Shown here: one piece after another, positions 1 to 10,130 of the stretch
Numbering within the stretch: the first letter of the stretch is position 1
How the letters are laid out: each line of letters starts with the position of its first letter
Source: an uncultured Pseudomonadota bacterium
GTDB lineage: Bacteria > Vulcanimicrobiota > Vulcanimicrobiia > Eremiobacterales > Eremiobacteraceae
NCBI GenBank assembly: GCA_963736005.1
Contig: CAVTNB010000003.1
Span: 1 to 64,000, forward strand
Direction: 5' to 3'
DNA length: 64,000 nt
Notes under the pieces: generated by a model
Databases searched by the model: none
What the model saw: only the letters and a program-made list of their open reading frames with translations
Told to the model about the DNA's origin: nothing
Translations under genes and position numbers: made by a program

Positions 1-314
1 TACAAGCTAGCGCGCGCTGAATGCCATTGCACAATCGAAATCCCTAAAAGTGCTATACCGAGTGCGACCGTAAAGGCGGGGCTCAATATTAACCAGGCCG
101 TGATACCAAAGACGGGAATTAAGATCGCAAATCGGCCGTGGTGCAGCACGTAATCCGAAACAAACAGCACGATGAGGGCAAGCGGAACCGCGATACACAC
201 CCGGATGGCGTCCGCCACAGAAAAAGCGTGCCCGTAAACAAAACGGGCGATTCCGACAGCCGCTAAGACTCCACCGAACGCCGCAAAAACGACCTGCGAT
301 TTCTCAATTTGCAT
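1..314 (-). CDS. Small multi-pass membrane protein running to the left window edge (not in ORF track)
   Basis: Manual translation from ATG at 314 (preceded by AAAGG): MQIEKSQVVFAAFGGVLAAVGIARFVYG...ALLGISIVQWHSARASL, 104 open codons with 3-4 hydrophobic segments; last two bases TA may begin a stop codon. Confidence 0.65.
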   Translation of the reverse strand, partial: MQIEKSQVVFAAFGGVLAAVGIARFVYGHAFSVADAIRVCIAVPLALIVLFVSDYVLHHGRFAILIPVFGITAWLILSPAFTVALGIALLGISIVQWHSARASL

Positions 315-385
315 TGCCTTTCTAGTATCATCGGCAAATGACGACCGGATGCGTTAGAATGTGTGGCAGCATCGACCTTCGTTGA

Positions 386-1849
386 TTAGGGTATGCTGGG
401 CGCTGCGCTCTCAATCGTCGTGCACATGATGCTCACGACGTATGGATTCCACGTGGACAGCGTCCAGTAGATAGTGGCTTTGTGGCTCTTCGCCGTTCTG
501 CCCGCATCGGTTGTGTAACGATTGAGCACGTAGGAAGCGTAGAAACCGCCGCGCGTGAACTGGTCGTTGGGGTGTCTGGTTGGCCAGTAGTCGCGCCGGT
601 TGCCGCAGCCTTGAGGGATCATGACCAAGCGGCAGCCAGGTTTGTCGCCTTGGCCGAGCAGCTCAGTGGGTTCGGACCAGGGGCCCCACGGAGCCGGGGC
701 CACGCGCGCTTGCACGCCGGAACACTGGTAAACCATGAGCCACTCATGCAACGGCTTGTTCCATGTCACTGACATCTCGCGGATGCAGCGCTGCTGATCC
801 GAATCCGGTGTAAATACCTCGGCGTCTCCAGGGGGCGCCCACACATTCGGCCGCAGGCTCTTCGTCGGCGTCGGTTTGCCGTTCCATTCGTCGAGCGTCA
901 CCCACTTCGGCTTTCCTGTAGCGTCGCGCCCACTGAAGAATCGCCACGTCGATGGATCGGCAAGCGTTGCGCCCGGCGCATACGCGAGATATGGCACGCT
1001 CGCACGATAGCGCGCCGCCGAGAAGATGAACACGCCGAGCCGCTGATCGGCGGGGATATCGGCCTGGAGCATCGCGTTGACCGCTGTCGTGTAGACGAAT
1101 CCAATCGGCATCGTGACGACGTTTTGGAACGTCCTTCCCTCATCGCTTGAGCTTGCCATAACGCTCACCCCCAGACTGTTGTTCATAGGGGTCTCGGGAC
1201 AGCGGTGCGCCATATTGACCGCTGGCAGCGCCAATGGCGCGGCTGGCGATGGCACAAGATTATTCGGCTCTACGCAGTGATTTGTCCAAAAGAATGCGTA
1301 TAGCTCGCCCGAAACCGCGACGCCGCCCGAAGGGACGTTGAAGAAACCCTGTTTGATCGCCGGTGTATGGATGATCGTCGCCGGGGCGAAATGTTCTGGT
1401 GATGATCCTGTGTCATTGATCTTGAGTTGGAGACAAGTGTCTTTTGTCGGCGGGTTGCGAAGAGTAGTCACTCCAACGGAGTCGTCAGGTGGTAGGGCAG
1501 GAGCTGAACCGAATGGATGTCCCGGCGGCCAGCTATCGCCGAATAGCAGCACCAGTTCCCTACCAAGGTCGACCGGATAGCCGAGATCGGCCGCGTCGAG
1601 CCCGTATTTGGTGAAGGTTAACGCTTGCGTCGGCTTGCCAGTTTCCCAGTCGACATCGCCTATGAGCTGGCAGATCTTTTGGCTGCTCCCAATGCGCGCG
1701 ATGCCCGGCGGAGCGACGTTGTCTGCGGCGTTCGCCGGAACACACACAAGCACGAGCGCTTGTAGCGCCGCAAGCCCCGCAATTTTCAGAACAACGCATG
1801 CATTGTTCGTTAAGCGGAGCGAGCTCATTGTCACATCCGACTTCGCCAC
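386..1849 (-). CDS. Secreted DUF4185-like (putative beta-propeller glycoside hydrolase) protein
   Basis: 487-aa ORF; signal peptide ending ANAA; D-L-G...F-G-D-S motif and P-W-G-P-W-S-E-P / G-F-Y-A motifs typical of DUF4185; start may lie slightly downstream. Confidence 0.65.
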   Translation of the reverse strand: MAKSDVTMSSLRLTNNACVVLKIAGLAALQALVLVCVPANAADNVAPPGIARIGSSQKICQLIGDVDWETGKPTQALTFTKYGLDAADLGYPVDLGRELVLLFGDSWPPGHPFGSAPALPPDDSVGVTTLRNPPTKDTCLQLKINDTGSSPEHFAPATIIHTPAIKQGFFNVPSGGVAVSGELYAFFWTNHCVEPNNLVPSPAAPLALPAVNMAHRCPETPMNNSLGVSVMASSSDEGRTFQNVVTMPIGFVYTTAVNAMLQADIPADQRLGVFIFSAARYRASVPYLAYAPGATLADPSTWRFFSGRDATGKPKWVTLDEWNGKPTPTKSLRPNVWAPPGDAEVFTPDSDQQRCIREMSVTWNKPLHEWLMVYQCSGVQARVAPAPWGPWSEPTELLGQGDKPGCRLVMIPQGCGNRRDYWPTRHPNDQFTRGGFYASYVLNRYTTDAGRTAKSHKATIYWTLSTWNPYVVSIMCTTIESAAPSIP

Positions 1850-1984
1850 TGAACCGGATGGTTCGCTTGAGAGGCCCAGTCACCCCGCGGCTCGCATGCC
1901 TCACACGTATAGAGCGTAGAGCTGCTCCTTACGCGCAGCGGCCAGCACTTTGTAGCCTGAAACTCATTGCGATTTTTGAGCGGG

Positions 1985-2827
1985 TCAGATTCGACCCCGC
2001 TGGATTTGGTGTTTTCGGGACGACGCCCCCACGAGTGCGATCCACGGCACGACCGAATTTGATCTCTCGACTTCCTCCCGCAGCCGGTCCGCAAGGGTAT
2101 TCGGGTCGCCAAGTGCTTCCATCGAGCGCGTATCTCGCTTGGTATCTTGAAGCGCGATGACAAGCCGGTCGGACAGCAAGCGCGTGAATTCGGGATCCCG
2201 ACCTAATGGCATATCGAACCGCATGGCGGGTGCGGGCAAGCCGGCATCCTGAAACGCCTTATACAACTCCAGACCCATCTCGACCCGCACGCCGGATTGC
2301 ACCGCCATGTCGCGCATCAACCGCACGCACGTCGATCGCAGCGGCAAATGGTCAGAAAGAGCGACGAACGGGGCGAATGACGCCTCCTGAAACGCGATGA
2401 TGCCGCCAGGTTTGAGCAGTGCGGACAACCTCCGCAACACGGCTACCGGATCAGGTAAGAACTGCAAGACGTACCGGCCGACCACCGCGTCGAAGAGAGT
2501 CTCGGTGGAAAAAACTGTGATATCGGCTTGCACAAACTCAACGTTGTGCACACCCGCATCTTGGAGCCTCGCTCGCGCGCGCTCGATGGAACGGCCATCA
2601 CGCTCGACGCCGGCGATCTCTCCCGAAGGCCCGATAAGCTTGCTCAGGATCAGTGCGACTTCACCGACGCCAGAGCCAACGTCGAGCACGCGCTGTCCCG
2701 ACTCGATGCCCGAAGACCGGAAGAACTGCTCGGTCATGCCATTGATGTATCGGCCCTGACGGATGAGCCGCTCTGCCTCGGCATCACTGTAGCCGAGATG
2801 GTATGTGCCGGCTTCGTCTGATGGCAC
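1985..2827 (-). CDS. Class I SAM-dependent methyltransferase
   Basis: VLDVGSGVG motif I, FDAVVGRYVL, LKPGG. Confidence 0.9.
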   Translation of the reverse strand: MPSDEAGTYHLGYSDAEAERLIRQGRYINGMTEQFFRSSGIESGQRVLDVGSGVGEVALILSKLIGPSGEIAGVERDGRSIERARARLQDAGVHNVEFVQADITVFSTETLFDAVVGRYVLQFLPDPVAVLRRLSALLKPGGIIAFQEASFAPFVALSDHLPLRSTCVRLMRDMAVQSGVRVEMGLELYKAFQDAGLPAPAMRFDMPLGRDPEFTRLLSDRLVIALQDTKRDTRSMEALGDPNTLADRLREEVERSNSVVPWIALVGASSRKHQIQRGRI

Positions 2828-3032
2828 TACGAAGCACGCTCCTTCAGCTTATTCCGCCGAGCGATAGCGCAACCCCGGGATCTTGCGATGATGTTCAATT
2901 ATCCAGAAACCAAAAAGCAGTGCCGTGCGAAACGTCTACGGTCAACGGTCTGTTCTGTTCATCCATGGGCAATAGGTGCTTCGGCCTTGACCGTCCAGGT
3001 GCTTGCACGGCGGACCCGGTACTATACGCCGC

Positions 3033-4556
3033 GTGAGCCGATCCGCGAAGTTTGCGGCTTGGAGTGTCGTCGTACTGGTGGCGATCCTCCACCTGATGAC
3101 CGCAGGCAGATACGACATCTTCAGAAACGAGCTGTATTTTATCGTCTGCGGCCGCCACCCGGCTTTCGGCTACGTCGATCAGCCACCGCTGGTGCCGCTG
3201 TTGGCCGCGCTCACGCAGGTCGGCGGCGTGCACGTGTGGCTCCTGCGCTTGCCGGCGGTAATCGCCGCCATGGCATTGATCCCGGTAACGGTGGCCTTTG
3301 CGCAACTGCTCGGCGCGAGCACGCGCGGTGCATGGCTTGCAGCGGTGGCCTCTGCAAGTGCGCCTCTGGTGATAGCGACGAGCGCGACGCTGAACACCTC
3401 CGCCTTCGAACCACTTGCCTTCACGGCGATCGCATATTACATCACGCGTGCGATGCTAAGAAACGAACCGACCGCATTTTTGTGGGCTGGCTTGATAGCC
3501 GGACTCGCATTCGAAGCGCGTTACGGCATCATCATTTGGATCGTCGGGTTGATTGTTGGGCTTACACTTGCAGGGCCGCGCCTTGTGTTCCGTTCGCGGG
3601 AAGCATGGCTCGGGGCAGGAATCGCCGCGCTCATAGCGCTTCCGAATGTGATCTGGCAACTCGTCCACGGCTTGCCGTTCCTCGATGTCGTGCGCAACGA
3701 CAATGCCGGAAATCTGACCGGAACGCCCGCTGTCTTCATGATCGACCAGATCCTCTCCGTGAACTTCTTGCTGGCGCCGCTGTGGATCGCGGGTATCGTC
3801 GCGCCCTTCGCGTCGAGGCGACTCGCGCAGTATCGCTATCTCGCCATCGCCTTCATCGTAAGCGCCGTCCTCGTCTTCGTAACGCACGGCAAGAGCTATT
3901 ATGTGGCGGGTTTCTATCCAACGGCGTTCGCGCTCGGCGCGGCGGCGTGTACGAGGCTATGGCGTGCGCTCGTCGCCGTTTGGGCCGTGCTCGCCGCAGC
4001 GAACGGTGCGCTCGCGCTGCCGCTCGTGCTTCCCGTGCTCTCGCCGCCCGCGCTGAAGCACATGTTGGACAATATGACATTGCGCCCGAGGCCGGTCGAA
4101 GTTGCGATGATCGGCGCGCCGTTGTTCGAGCCGTTTTCCGATGAGTTCGGTTGGCGCGATCTCGCAAAAACCGTAGAACGCGTCTATGCGTCGCTCCCGC
4201 CGGCAGACCGCGCGCAAACGGCAATCTTCGCTGAGAACTACGGCGAAGCGGGCGCGATTGACGTCTTCGGGAAGAATCTGCCACCGGTCATCAGCGGCAA
4301 TAACCAGTACTACATCTGGGGTCCGCGCGGCTACGATGGCTCGAGTATCATCGCCGTGAACGTCGACCCGGCGCAATGGGCGCAGCTTTGCGAATCGAGC
4401 ACAATCATCGCCCGATTTGGAACATCGCCGTATGCGATGCCGTACGAGCGCGACCGGCCGATTGTGCTCTGCAGACGGATGCGTCTGCCGCTGCAACAGG
4501 CCTGGCCGCGCTTTCGGACCTACGGCATCACCAACCTAACGCTGTCCCCACGTTGA
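3033..4556 (+). CDS. GT-C membrane glycosyltransferase (family 39 / ArnT-PMT-like)
   Basis: RNELYF...GYVDQPPL motif, ~11-13 TM segments, C-terminal NYGEAGAI soluble domain; ORF track start 3003 (TTG), GTG at 3033 preferred. Confidence 0.85.
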   Translation: MSRSAKFAAWSVVVLVAILHLMTAGRYDIFRNELYFIVCGRHPAFGYVDQPPLVPLLAALTQVGGVHVWLLRLPAVIAAMALIPVTVAFAQLLGASTRGAWLAAVASASAPLVIATSATLNTSAFEPLAFTAIAYYITRAMLRNEPTAFLWAGLIAGLAFEARYGIIIWIVGLIVGLTLAGPRLVFRSREAWLGAGIAALIALPNVIWQLVHGLPFLDVVRNDNAGNLTGTPAVFMIDQILSVNFLLAPLWIAGIVAPFASRRLAQYRYLAIAFIVSAVLVFVTHGKSYYVAGFYPTAFALGAAACTRLWRALVAVWAVLAAANGALALPLVLPVLSPPALKHMLDNMTLRPRPVEVAMIGAPLFEPFSDEFGWRDLAKTVERVYASLPPADRAQTAIFAENYGEAGAIDVFGKNLPPVISGNNQYYIWGPRGYDGSSIIAVNVDPAQWAQLCESSTIIARFGTSPYAMPYERDRPIVLCRRMRLPLQQAWPRFRTYGITNLTLSPR

Positions 4557-4665
4557 AATCACACCGACCTTCGTAGTGTCGCACCCCTAATGACTCTGCT
4601 CGCGCCGTGCACTCGTATTGCTTGCGCCACAACAGAACCCTCGTCAATATTCGAAGAGCTTAAGC

Positions 4666-5058
4666 CTACCGGCGCGCCAGCTGCGTGATCTGGATCAGGT
4701 TGCCGCAGGTGTCGTTCAGCACGGCGATGGTCGAGCCAGTCACCTCGGTCGGCGGCATCGTGAACTCGGCGCCCCGGGCTTTGATGCGCTCGTACTCGGC
4801 CTTCACGTCGTCTGTGAAGAACATGGTGGCGGGCTGGCCCTGCTGAAATATGGCCTGCTGATAGGCCTTGGCCGCCGGGTTGTCGTTAAGCGCCAACTGC
4901 AGCTCGGCTCCGTCCGGCTCCTCGTTTGAGGCCACGGTCAGCCAGCGAAACGACCCATGGCTGAAGTCGGCCTTCTTGGTAAAGCCCAGCACTTGGGTGT
5001 AGAACCGCAGAGCCCTTTCCTGGTCGTCCACGTAGACGCTGGTCAGTTTGATCTTCAT
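4666..5058 (-). CDS. VOC/glyoxalase family protein
   Basis: SVYVDDQERALRFYT...DTCGNLIQI; ATG at 5058 preceded by GGAGG. Confidence 0.9.
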   Translation of the reverse strand: MKIKLTSVYVDDQERALRFYTQVLGFTKKADFSHGSFRWLTVASNEEPDGAELQLALNDNPAAKAYQQAIFQQGQPATMFFTDDVKAEYERIKARGAEFTMPPTEVTGSTIAVLNDTCGNLIQITQLARR

Positions 5059-5190
5059 TGGTATACCCTCCGTTGTCAAGTTCGTGGTGGATGCCTCGTC
5101 ATTTCATTGACGGAACGCGACAGGAGAATGTGACGGAAATTGGTGACAGTAGGTGGGCTTCGATTTCCGAACTAGATTGGTTCGGAGGTG

Positions 5191-6324
5191 TTAGCGGCCA
5201 AACCAACGGGCTCGGCGGCTCGAACCAAAATGCTCCTTCTCGGCACGCAGAGCGACCGACGGTTCGTGGTAGGTGCCGGTCGGCTTGGGCCCCGAGAAGA
5301 AGTCGATGTCGACGCGGCCGATTCGCCCGGCGCCGAACTCTATGTAGCAGGAGCCCGTCCCCATATGGGGCTCCGGTAGTTCGCCGCTTCGCAGACTCGC
5401 GATCAGGGAAGTGGCAACGGCGCGAGCCGCGCCCTCGGCGAACAGCCCCGCCTTCGGCGTCCCCTGTTTTGCGCAATCGCCGAATGCGTACACGCCGGGG
5501 AAACGCGTCTCGAGCGTGTAGGGGTTCACCATCACATAACCGTCCTCAGCCATGCCACTTGCCTGAACCACATCCGGAGCGCGGTGCTTCGGCACTCCCA
5601 GGAAAAGATCATAAGGAATCTCGGTTCCATCCTCGAGGACCGCGACATGCCGCCCGGGGTCAAGCGAAATAACGTCACGGTCGCCGACGAACATGATGTT
5701 ACGCTCCGCAAACGCGGCGAGCAACGCCCGTGACGTCTCGGGTGACGGAGGAACCGGAGTTCCGAGCGGAAGGGCGAGAGTGATCTCACAGGCACCGCGC
5801 ACACCCCGTGTGCTGAGGTAATCGTGCAGCAACAATGCAGCTTCGCTGGGCGCCGGAGGGCACTTGTACGGCGATCCACAGACACCGATGAGTGCTCGAC
5901 CTTTCGTGAACGTGGGAAGTATCTCGCGCACTCGTGCGGCGCCTGCGACGGAGTAAAACTCGTTGCCGTCTTCGGCGAGTCCCGGCGTCGCATCCATGTC
6001 GTAGTCGGCGCCGAGTGCGACGACCAGGACGTCCGCCTCATACGTTCCCGCATCGGTGGTGACATATCGCGCCACGGGATCAATCGCGGTGACCGTTTCT
6101 TGCCGGAACCGCACGCCCGGCTTAACGAAATCCTTGTATGGGAGGCATACCGCCTCGAGCGTCGTTCGCCCGAACATTACGTCGAGTTTCGAATAGCCGA
6201 AAACGAAACCATCGCTCTTGTCGATCAGCGTCACCTCGACGTCCTCGCCTAACCTTTCGGATAAGAGCGTGCTGAACTCGAGACCCCCGAAGCCTGCTCC
6301 AAGAACAAGAACGCGTTTTTTCAT
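5191..6324 (-). CDS. FAD-dependent oxidoreductase, sulfide:quinone oxidoreductase-like
   Basis: GAGFGG FAD motif, CPPAPxE motif, VYAFGD, C-terminal second Cys (GSCYIEFG). Confidence 0.8.
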   Translation of the reverse strand: MKKRVLVLGAGFGGLEFSTLLSERLGEDVEVTLIDKSDGFVFGYSKLDVMFGRTTLEAVCLPYKDFVKPGVRFRQETVTAIDPVARYVTTDAGTYEADVLVVALGADYDMDATPGLAEDGNEFYSVAGAARVREILPTFTKGRALIGVCGSPYKCPPAPSEAALLLHDYLSTRGVRGACEITLALPLGTPVPPSPETSRALLAAFAERNIMFVGDRDVISLDPGRHVAVLEDGTEIPYDLFLGVPKHRAPDVVQASGMAEDGYVMVNPYTLETRFPGVYAFGDCAKQGTPKAGLFAEGAARAVATSLIASLRSGELPEPHMGTGSCYIEFGAGRIGRVDIDFFSGPKPTGTYHEPSVALRAEKEHFGSSRRARWFGR

Positions 6325-6413
6325 ATAGCCGTTCGTCAAACAGGTTTACTTACGCTGCGTGAAGCCCTCCAGATCGGAGAACAAAAATGTCGCGGTACCC
6401 CTAGGTAAACGAG

Positions 6414-6656
6414 TTAGTCACGATGAGCGGTCGCATCGCCCTCGGTAGATTTGAAGCCGACTCGCGCATGCGAACCATCCCAAAAGTTTATCGGTGCATC
6501 GCCATGGGAATACCTCGTGCTAATATGTTCTTGGTCGCAAGGCATGATTGCCAAGACTTGAAATCCGGCATACTGCTGTCCAACTAGTGCTTGACGGGCA
6601 CAAGCACGGCATTCTGGTGAGCTGACTTCCGAAATGTTCTTCGAAGAGCTGTGCAT
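6414..6656 (-). CDS. Possible small hypothetical protein (CxxC)
   Basis: 80-aa ORF filling an intergenic gap; AGGT before ATG; CRAC and C-x-x-x-H residues; no recognised family. Confidence 0.3.
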   Translation of the reverse strand: MHSSSKNISEVSSPECRACARQALVGQQYAGFQVLAIMPCDQEHISTRYSHGDAPINFWDGSHARVGFKSTEGDATAHRD

Positions 6657-6678
6657 GACCTAACGGTAGGAGCAAGGC

Positions 6679-7572
6679 ATGCATGTATTAGTCTTCATCC
6701 TTTCGGTTGCGATCAGTTCGTGGAGCGTTAGCGTTCCGTTCACATACTTTGACAACCGCATGATGATCAAGTGTATGATTGATGGCAGCGGACCGTTTGA
6801 CATGATCGTCGACACCGGCGATCCGGTCGTGACTGTAACACCGGAGACAGCCAGTCGACTTGCAGCGAACGTGCACAATGCTGGAGTGATCACTGGCGCC
6901 GGTAACTATGCGGTCAAGAGCGGTGGCACCACGCTACAAACACTTTCCATCGCGTCGCTCTCGTTCAACAACGTGAGCACCGAAGTAATCGATCTGAGCC
7001 AAATTCGCACAAAATTCCATTTTCCCCATTTGGATGGCATTATAGGTTATCCGATCCTCAAACAGTTCGACACCTTCGTGAACGTCGACGCCGGCACGTT
7101 GTCGTTTACAAAAACCTTGCCGGCTTTGCCCTCAAATGCCACGACAACGAGCTTTGAGGGCGTTCTGCCCGTCATCCACGCCAAGGTCAACGGGATAGCG
7201 ACTGTGGTTCTCGTTGATACCGGAGATCGCTCATCGCTAACCCTCTTTGGCCCGTTCGCAAGACAGCACGCTCTTTACGGGCGCTATCCGTCGAAGAAGA
7301 ACATCATTACTGGGTATGGCTTGGGGGGCCCCGTCTATGCGGACGTTTTCACATTGCCGAAGCTCGACGTTTTAGGGACCAATCTGAGCAGCATTATCAC
7401 GCGGGCTTCGCGTCAAACAGGGGGCGTCTTCGCAAGTTCTGAGGAGGGCGGCAGCGTCGGCACCGGGGTTCTGAAGCGTTTCAACATCGTCTACGACTAC
7501 CCGCACCATGCTATCATCGCCTGGCCAAGTAAGTACTTTACGAAACCCGATATCTTTATTCAGCCCGGTTGA
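6679..7572 (+). CDS. Secreted retropepsin-like aspartyl protease with two protease domains
   Basis: Signal peptide; two DTG motifs (IVDTGD, LVDTGD), each followed by GIIG/GSVG; AGGAG RBS. Confidence 0.85.
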   Translation: MHVLVFILSVAISSWSVSVPFTYFDNRMMIKCMIDGSGPFDMIVDTGDPVVTVTPETASRLAANVHNAGVITGAGNYAVKSGGTTLQTLSIASLSFNNVSTEVIDLSQIRTKFHFPHLDGIIGYPILKQFDTFVNVDAGTLSFTKTLPALPSNATTTSFEGVLPVIHAKVNGIATVVLVDTGDRSSLTLFGPFARQHALYGRYPSKKNIITGYGLGGPVYADVFTLPKLDVLGTNLSSIITRASRQTGGVFASSEEGGSVGTGVLKRFNIVYDYPHHAIIAWPSKYFTKPDIFIQPG

Positions 7573-7937
7573 CGCCTGACCGAGACTCTCAACCTCCGGG
7601 CCAGCAATTCACCGAGCCCTATTGCGATCAAGCCAAAAACCAAGTGCAGCAATCGGATGGTCCAATGAGCGCTGCCAGGCACCAGACCGTCTTGCATCAA
7701 TCCGAGCGTTGGAACTACGAAACACCAGACAAACGCCACTATGACTAAACCCGATTGTACGCGAACGAAAGCAGCTATGCTAGCCAGTGACCAGAGCGAC
7801 AAGACAAGGACAAGCCCGACAAGCATGTGCACGGGGACAAGATTCAGCGCGTGGCCGCTCCAAAAGGTCAAGCCCAGGATGATGGCGGTGAGCCCAGCTA
7901 ACCGAATGAGCCACTGGAAAAAGGCGACGACATTCAT
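7560..7937 (-). CDS. Four-helix membrane protein
   Basis: 125 aa, four hydrophobic segments with intramembrane His (VHMLVG, LHLVFG); GAGG RBS. Confidence 0.75.
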   Translation of the reverse strand: MNVVAFFQWLIRLAGLTAIILGLTFWSGHALNLVPVHMLVGLVLVLSLWSLASIAAFVRVQSGLVIVAFVWCFVVPTLGLMQDGLVPGSAHWTIRLLHLVFGLIAIGLGELLARRLRVSVRRQPG

Positions 7938-8018
7938 CCTCTTTGAGTCGCCGAGTTTTGCGATAAGTCCTCTATCGCAGTCGCGGCTATCCGATAGTCC
8001 CAGTAGTTAAACGTAACG

Positions 8019-8486
8019 TCATTTTTCGCGAAGCTCGTCCCCTACGGTGATGTTTCCACCAATGATGATCTCGGCACGAAGACCTCCCCGGTGAATCAGG
8101 CCCGCTCTTACCCCGGGTTTGGTAAGCGACTCTAAATGAGCGCACGGCTCGCATAACCTCGTGCCCAGAAGCACCGCCTCGCCGACCCGGAATTCCAGCC
8201 CTACTAGGTGGTTGAGCGCCACACCGCGAGTGACGATGTTGCGCCGAGCATCACCAGCAGCTAGGTCGATCGAGTAGTCGCGTGCGAGCCCTTCAATGGC
8301 CTCGCTCTCGATGAGCGTTACTTGACGATCGGGCACGTCCTTTGGCGAAAACGTTCCAGTCTTGCTGAAGTAACGATCGCCCTCGAGTCCGTAGCCCGGC
8401 ACCGCCCGAACCTGCGTAACCGCGTTCACGGGCCCCTTGGCCTGCGGCGCGATATAGATGGATTCTACAATCCCGGGCTTGGCCAT
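8019..8486 (-). CDS. MOSC domain protein
   Basis: GLEGDRY, RRNIVTRG, CEPC, RGGLRA motifs; GGAGGT RBS. Confidence 0.9.
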   Translation of the reverse strand: MAKPGIVESIYIAPQAKGPVNAVTQVRAVPGYGLEGDRYFSKTGTFSPKDVPDRQVTLIESEAIEGLARDYSIDLAAGDARRNIVTRGVALNHLVGLEFRVGEAVLLGTRLCEPCAHLESLTKPGVRAGLIHRGGLRAEIIIGGNITVGDELREK

Positions 8487-8614
8487 CGTTACCTCCGTAC
8501 TGTTCTTGAAAATCTTCCAACATGACGTGCAAAATCCCGCATGAGCATCGACGATCGCGAACTCGTCGTCGGAGAAGAGGTTGCTCTAACCCCAACGAAG
8601 CCTGCACCGCAAAC

Positions 8615-9526
8615 ATGAGTCGCGTGCAGGTGTATTTGATTGACGGGACCTATGAATTGTTCCGGCATTTTTTCGCAGTACCATCCGCGGCAGACGCAAA
8701 TGGACGAGAGGTCGGCGCCGTACGCGGGGTCCTGGCTTCGGTTTTGTCCATGCTCGAGCATGGCGCAAAGTTTGTTGGTGTCGCAACCGATCACGTCGTA
8801 GAGTCCTTTCGCAACGACCTCTATCGCGGATACAAAACCAGCGAAGGCGTGCCTCCCGAGTTGCTCTCGCAGTTCCCTATTTTAGAAGAAGCCCTTGAGG
8901 CAATGGGAGTCATAGTTTGGCCAATGGTTTACTATGAAGCCGATGATGCGTTGGCTTCCGCCGCTGTCAAGGCTTCGCGGGATGCTCGTGTGAGCCGCGT
9001 GTTCATTTGTACGCCTGACAAGGACCTGAGTCAGTGCGTTGTAGGCAAGCGAGTCGTTCAGCTTGACCGCCGACGCGACATCGTGCGAGACGAGGCCGCC
9101 GTGATGGCGAAGTTCGGGGTGACGCCGCAATCGATTCCGGACTACTTGGCTGTAGTGGGAGACAGTGCGGATGGATTCCCAGGTGTGCCGGGATGGGGTG
9201 CCAAGGCCGCAGCTACGACCTTGTCGCGGTACCACCATCTTGAAGAGATTCCGAAGGACTGGCGCAAGTGGCATCCTTCAATCCCTCGCGCACGCTCGTT
9301 GTCCGAGGCGCTCCTTAAGGCTTGGAGCGATGCCCTGCTCTTTCGCAACCTTGCCACGTTGCGACTGGATGTGCCGGTGTTTGATACGGTCGAGGATCTT
9401 CACTGGAAAGGACCGCGGTCGAACTTTAATCGCCTCTCCGATCAAATGAAATCGCCGGATTTACTACGCCGCGCCACGTTGCTGGCTAAGGATCAGTCGA
9501 CTTGTGGGTTTGCACGTACAACTTGA
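8615..9526 (+). CDS. 5'-3' exonuclease / flap endonuclease (stand-alone PolA N-terminal type)
   Basis: LIDG, EADD, PDKDL, GDSADGFPGVPGWG (H3TH) motifs; ATG 8615 preferred over 8522. Confidence 0.9.
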   Translation: MSRVQVYLIDGTYELFRHFFAVPSAADANGREVGAVRGVLASVLSMLEHGAKFVGVATDHVVESFRNDLYRGYKTSEGVPPELLSQFPILEEALEAMGVIVWPMVYYEADDALASAAVKASRDARVSRVFICTPDKDLSQCVVGKRVVQLDRRRDIVRDEAAVMAKFGVTPQSIPDYLAVVGDSADGFPGVPGWGAKAAATTLSRYHHLEEIPKDWRKWHPSIPRARSLSEALLKAWSDALLFRNLATLRLDVPVFDTVEDLHWKGPRSNFNRLSDQMKSPDLLRRATLLAKDQSTCGFARTT

Positions 9527-9968
9527 TGAGCTTACCCGCGCGCAGCGCGTAGGTTCTAACCTCGCGCGTCGTGCACTCATCATCCTTGCACGAATCGACG
9601 TAGAGCAAGTTGCTCCGAAAGGTGATGTGAATCGAGTCTGGCCCTTCTCCCCAATCTCCGCCCCAGTTGGCGGAGCCAACCGCTCCCAGCAACAGTGCAG
9701 CATTCCCGCGTATATCGTACGCGAAAGCCTCAGCCGTGCCACCAATCGGGAAGTCGCAGGAGAGCACCACGACTGCCTGCTGCCTGCCGGCGCTTAGACT
9801 GCCTAACTTCACCCTACTTAAGGAGACGTCGAATCCCGTTCCCATTTTCTGGTCGAAGAACGAGTAGGAGCCTTTCCTCATGAGCACGGGCGGTGGCACG
9901 TTGGAGCACGGCGTGACAGAGTAATTGAAGTTCATAAAATCCACGGCCAAAAGCAGCGGTAAGATCAT
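9486..9968 (-). CDS. Hypothetical, probably exported protein
   Basis: ATG at 9968 after GGGGG; short hydrophobic N-terminus, four Cys; overlaps convergent exonuclease by 41 nt. Confidence 0.6.
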   Translation of the reverse strand: MILPLLLAVDFMNFNYSVTPCSNVPPPVLMRKGSYSFFDQKMGTGFDVSLSRVKLGSLSAGRQQAVVVLSCDFPIGGTAEAFAYDIRGNAALLLGAVGSANWGGDWGEGPDSIHITFRSNLLYVDSCKDDECTTREVRTYALRAGKLIKLYVQTHKSTDP

Positions 9969-10130
9969 TTTTTGGCCCCCTGTACAAGATAGTCCAAGCG
10001 TGCTGCCGGGGGCGTTAGCCCCGTGTCGCTGCCTTCCTCCACCCTGCCAGCGGCAAGCTCGGAGGAAATTGCTGACCGAAATGCTGACCAACCCTGATGT
10101 AGGTAGCTAATTCCGGAGGTCGCAACGACC

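Noticed and set aside
2888..4144. 418-aa alternative-frame ORF
   Set aside because: Arg-rich off-frame overlap of the GT-C gene
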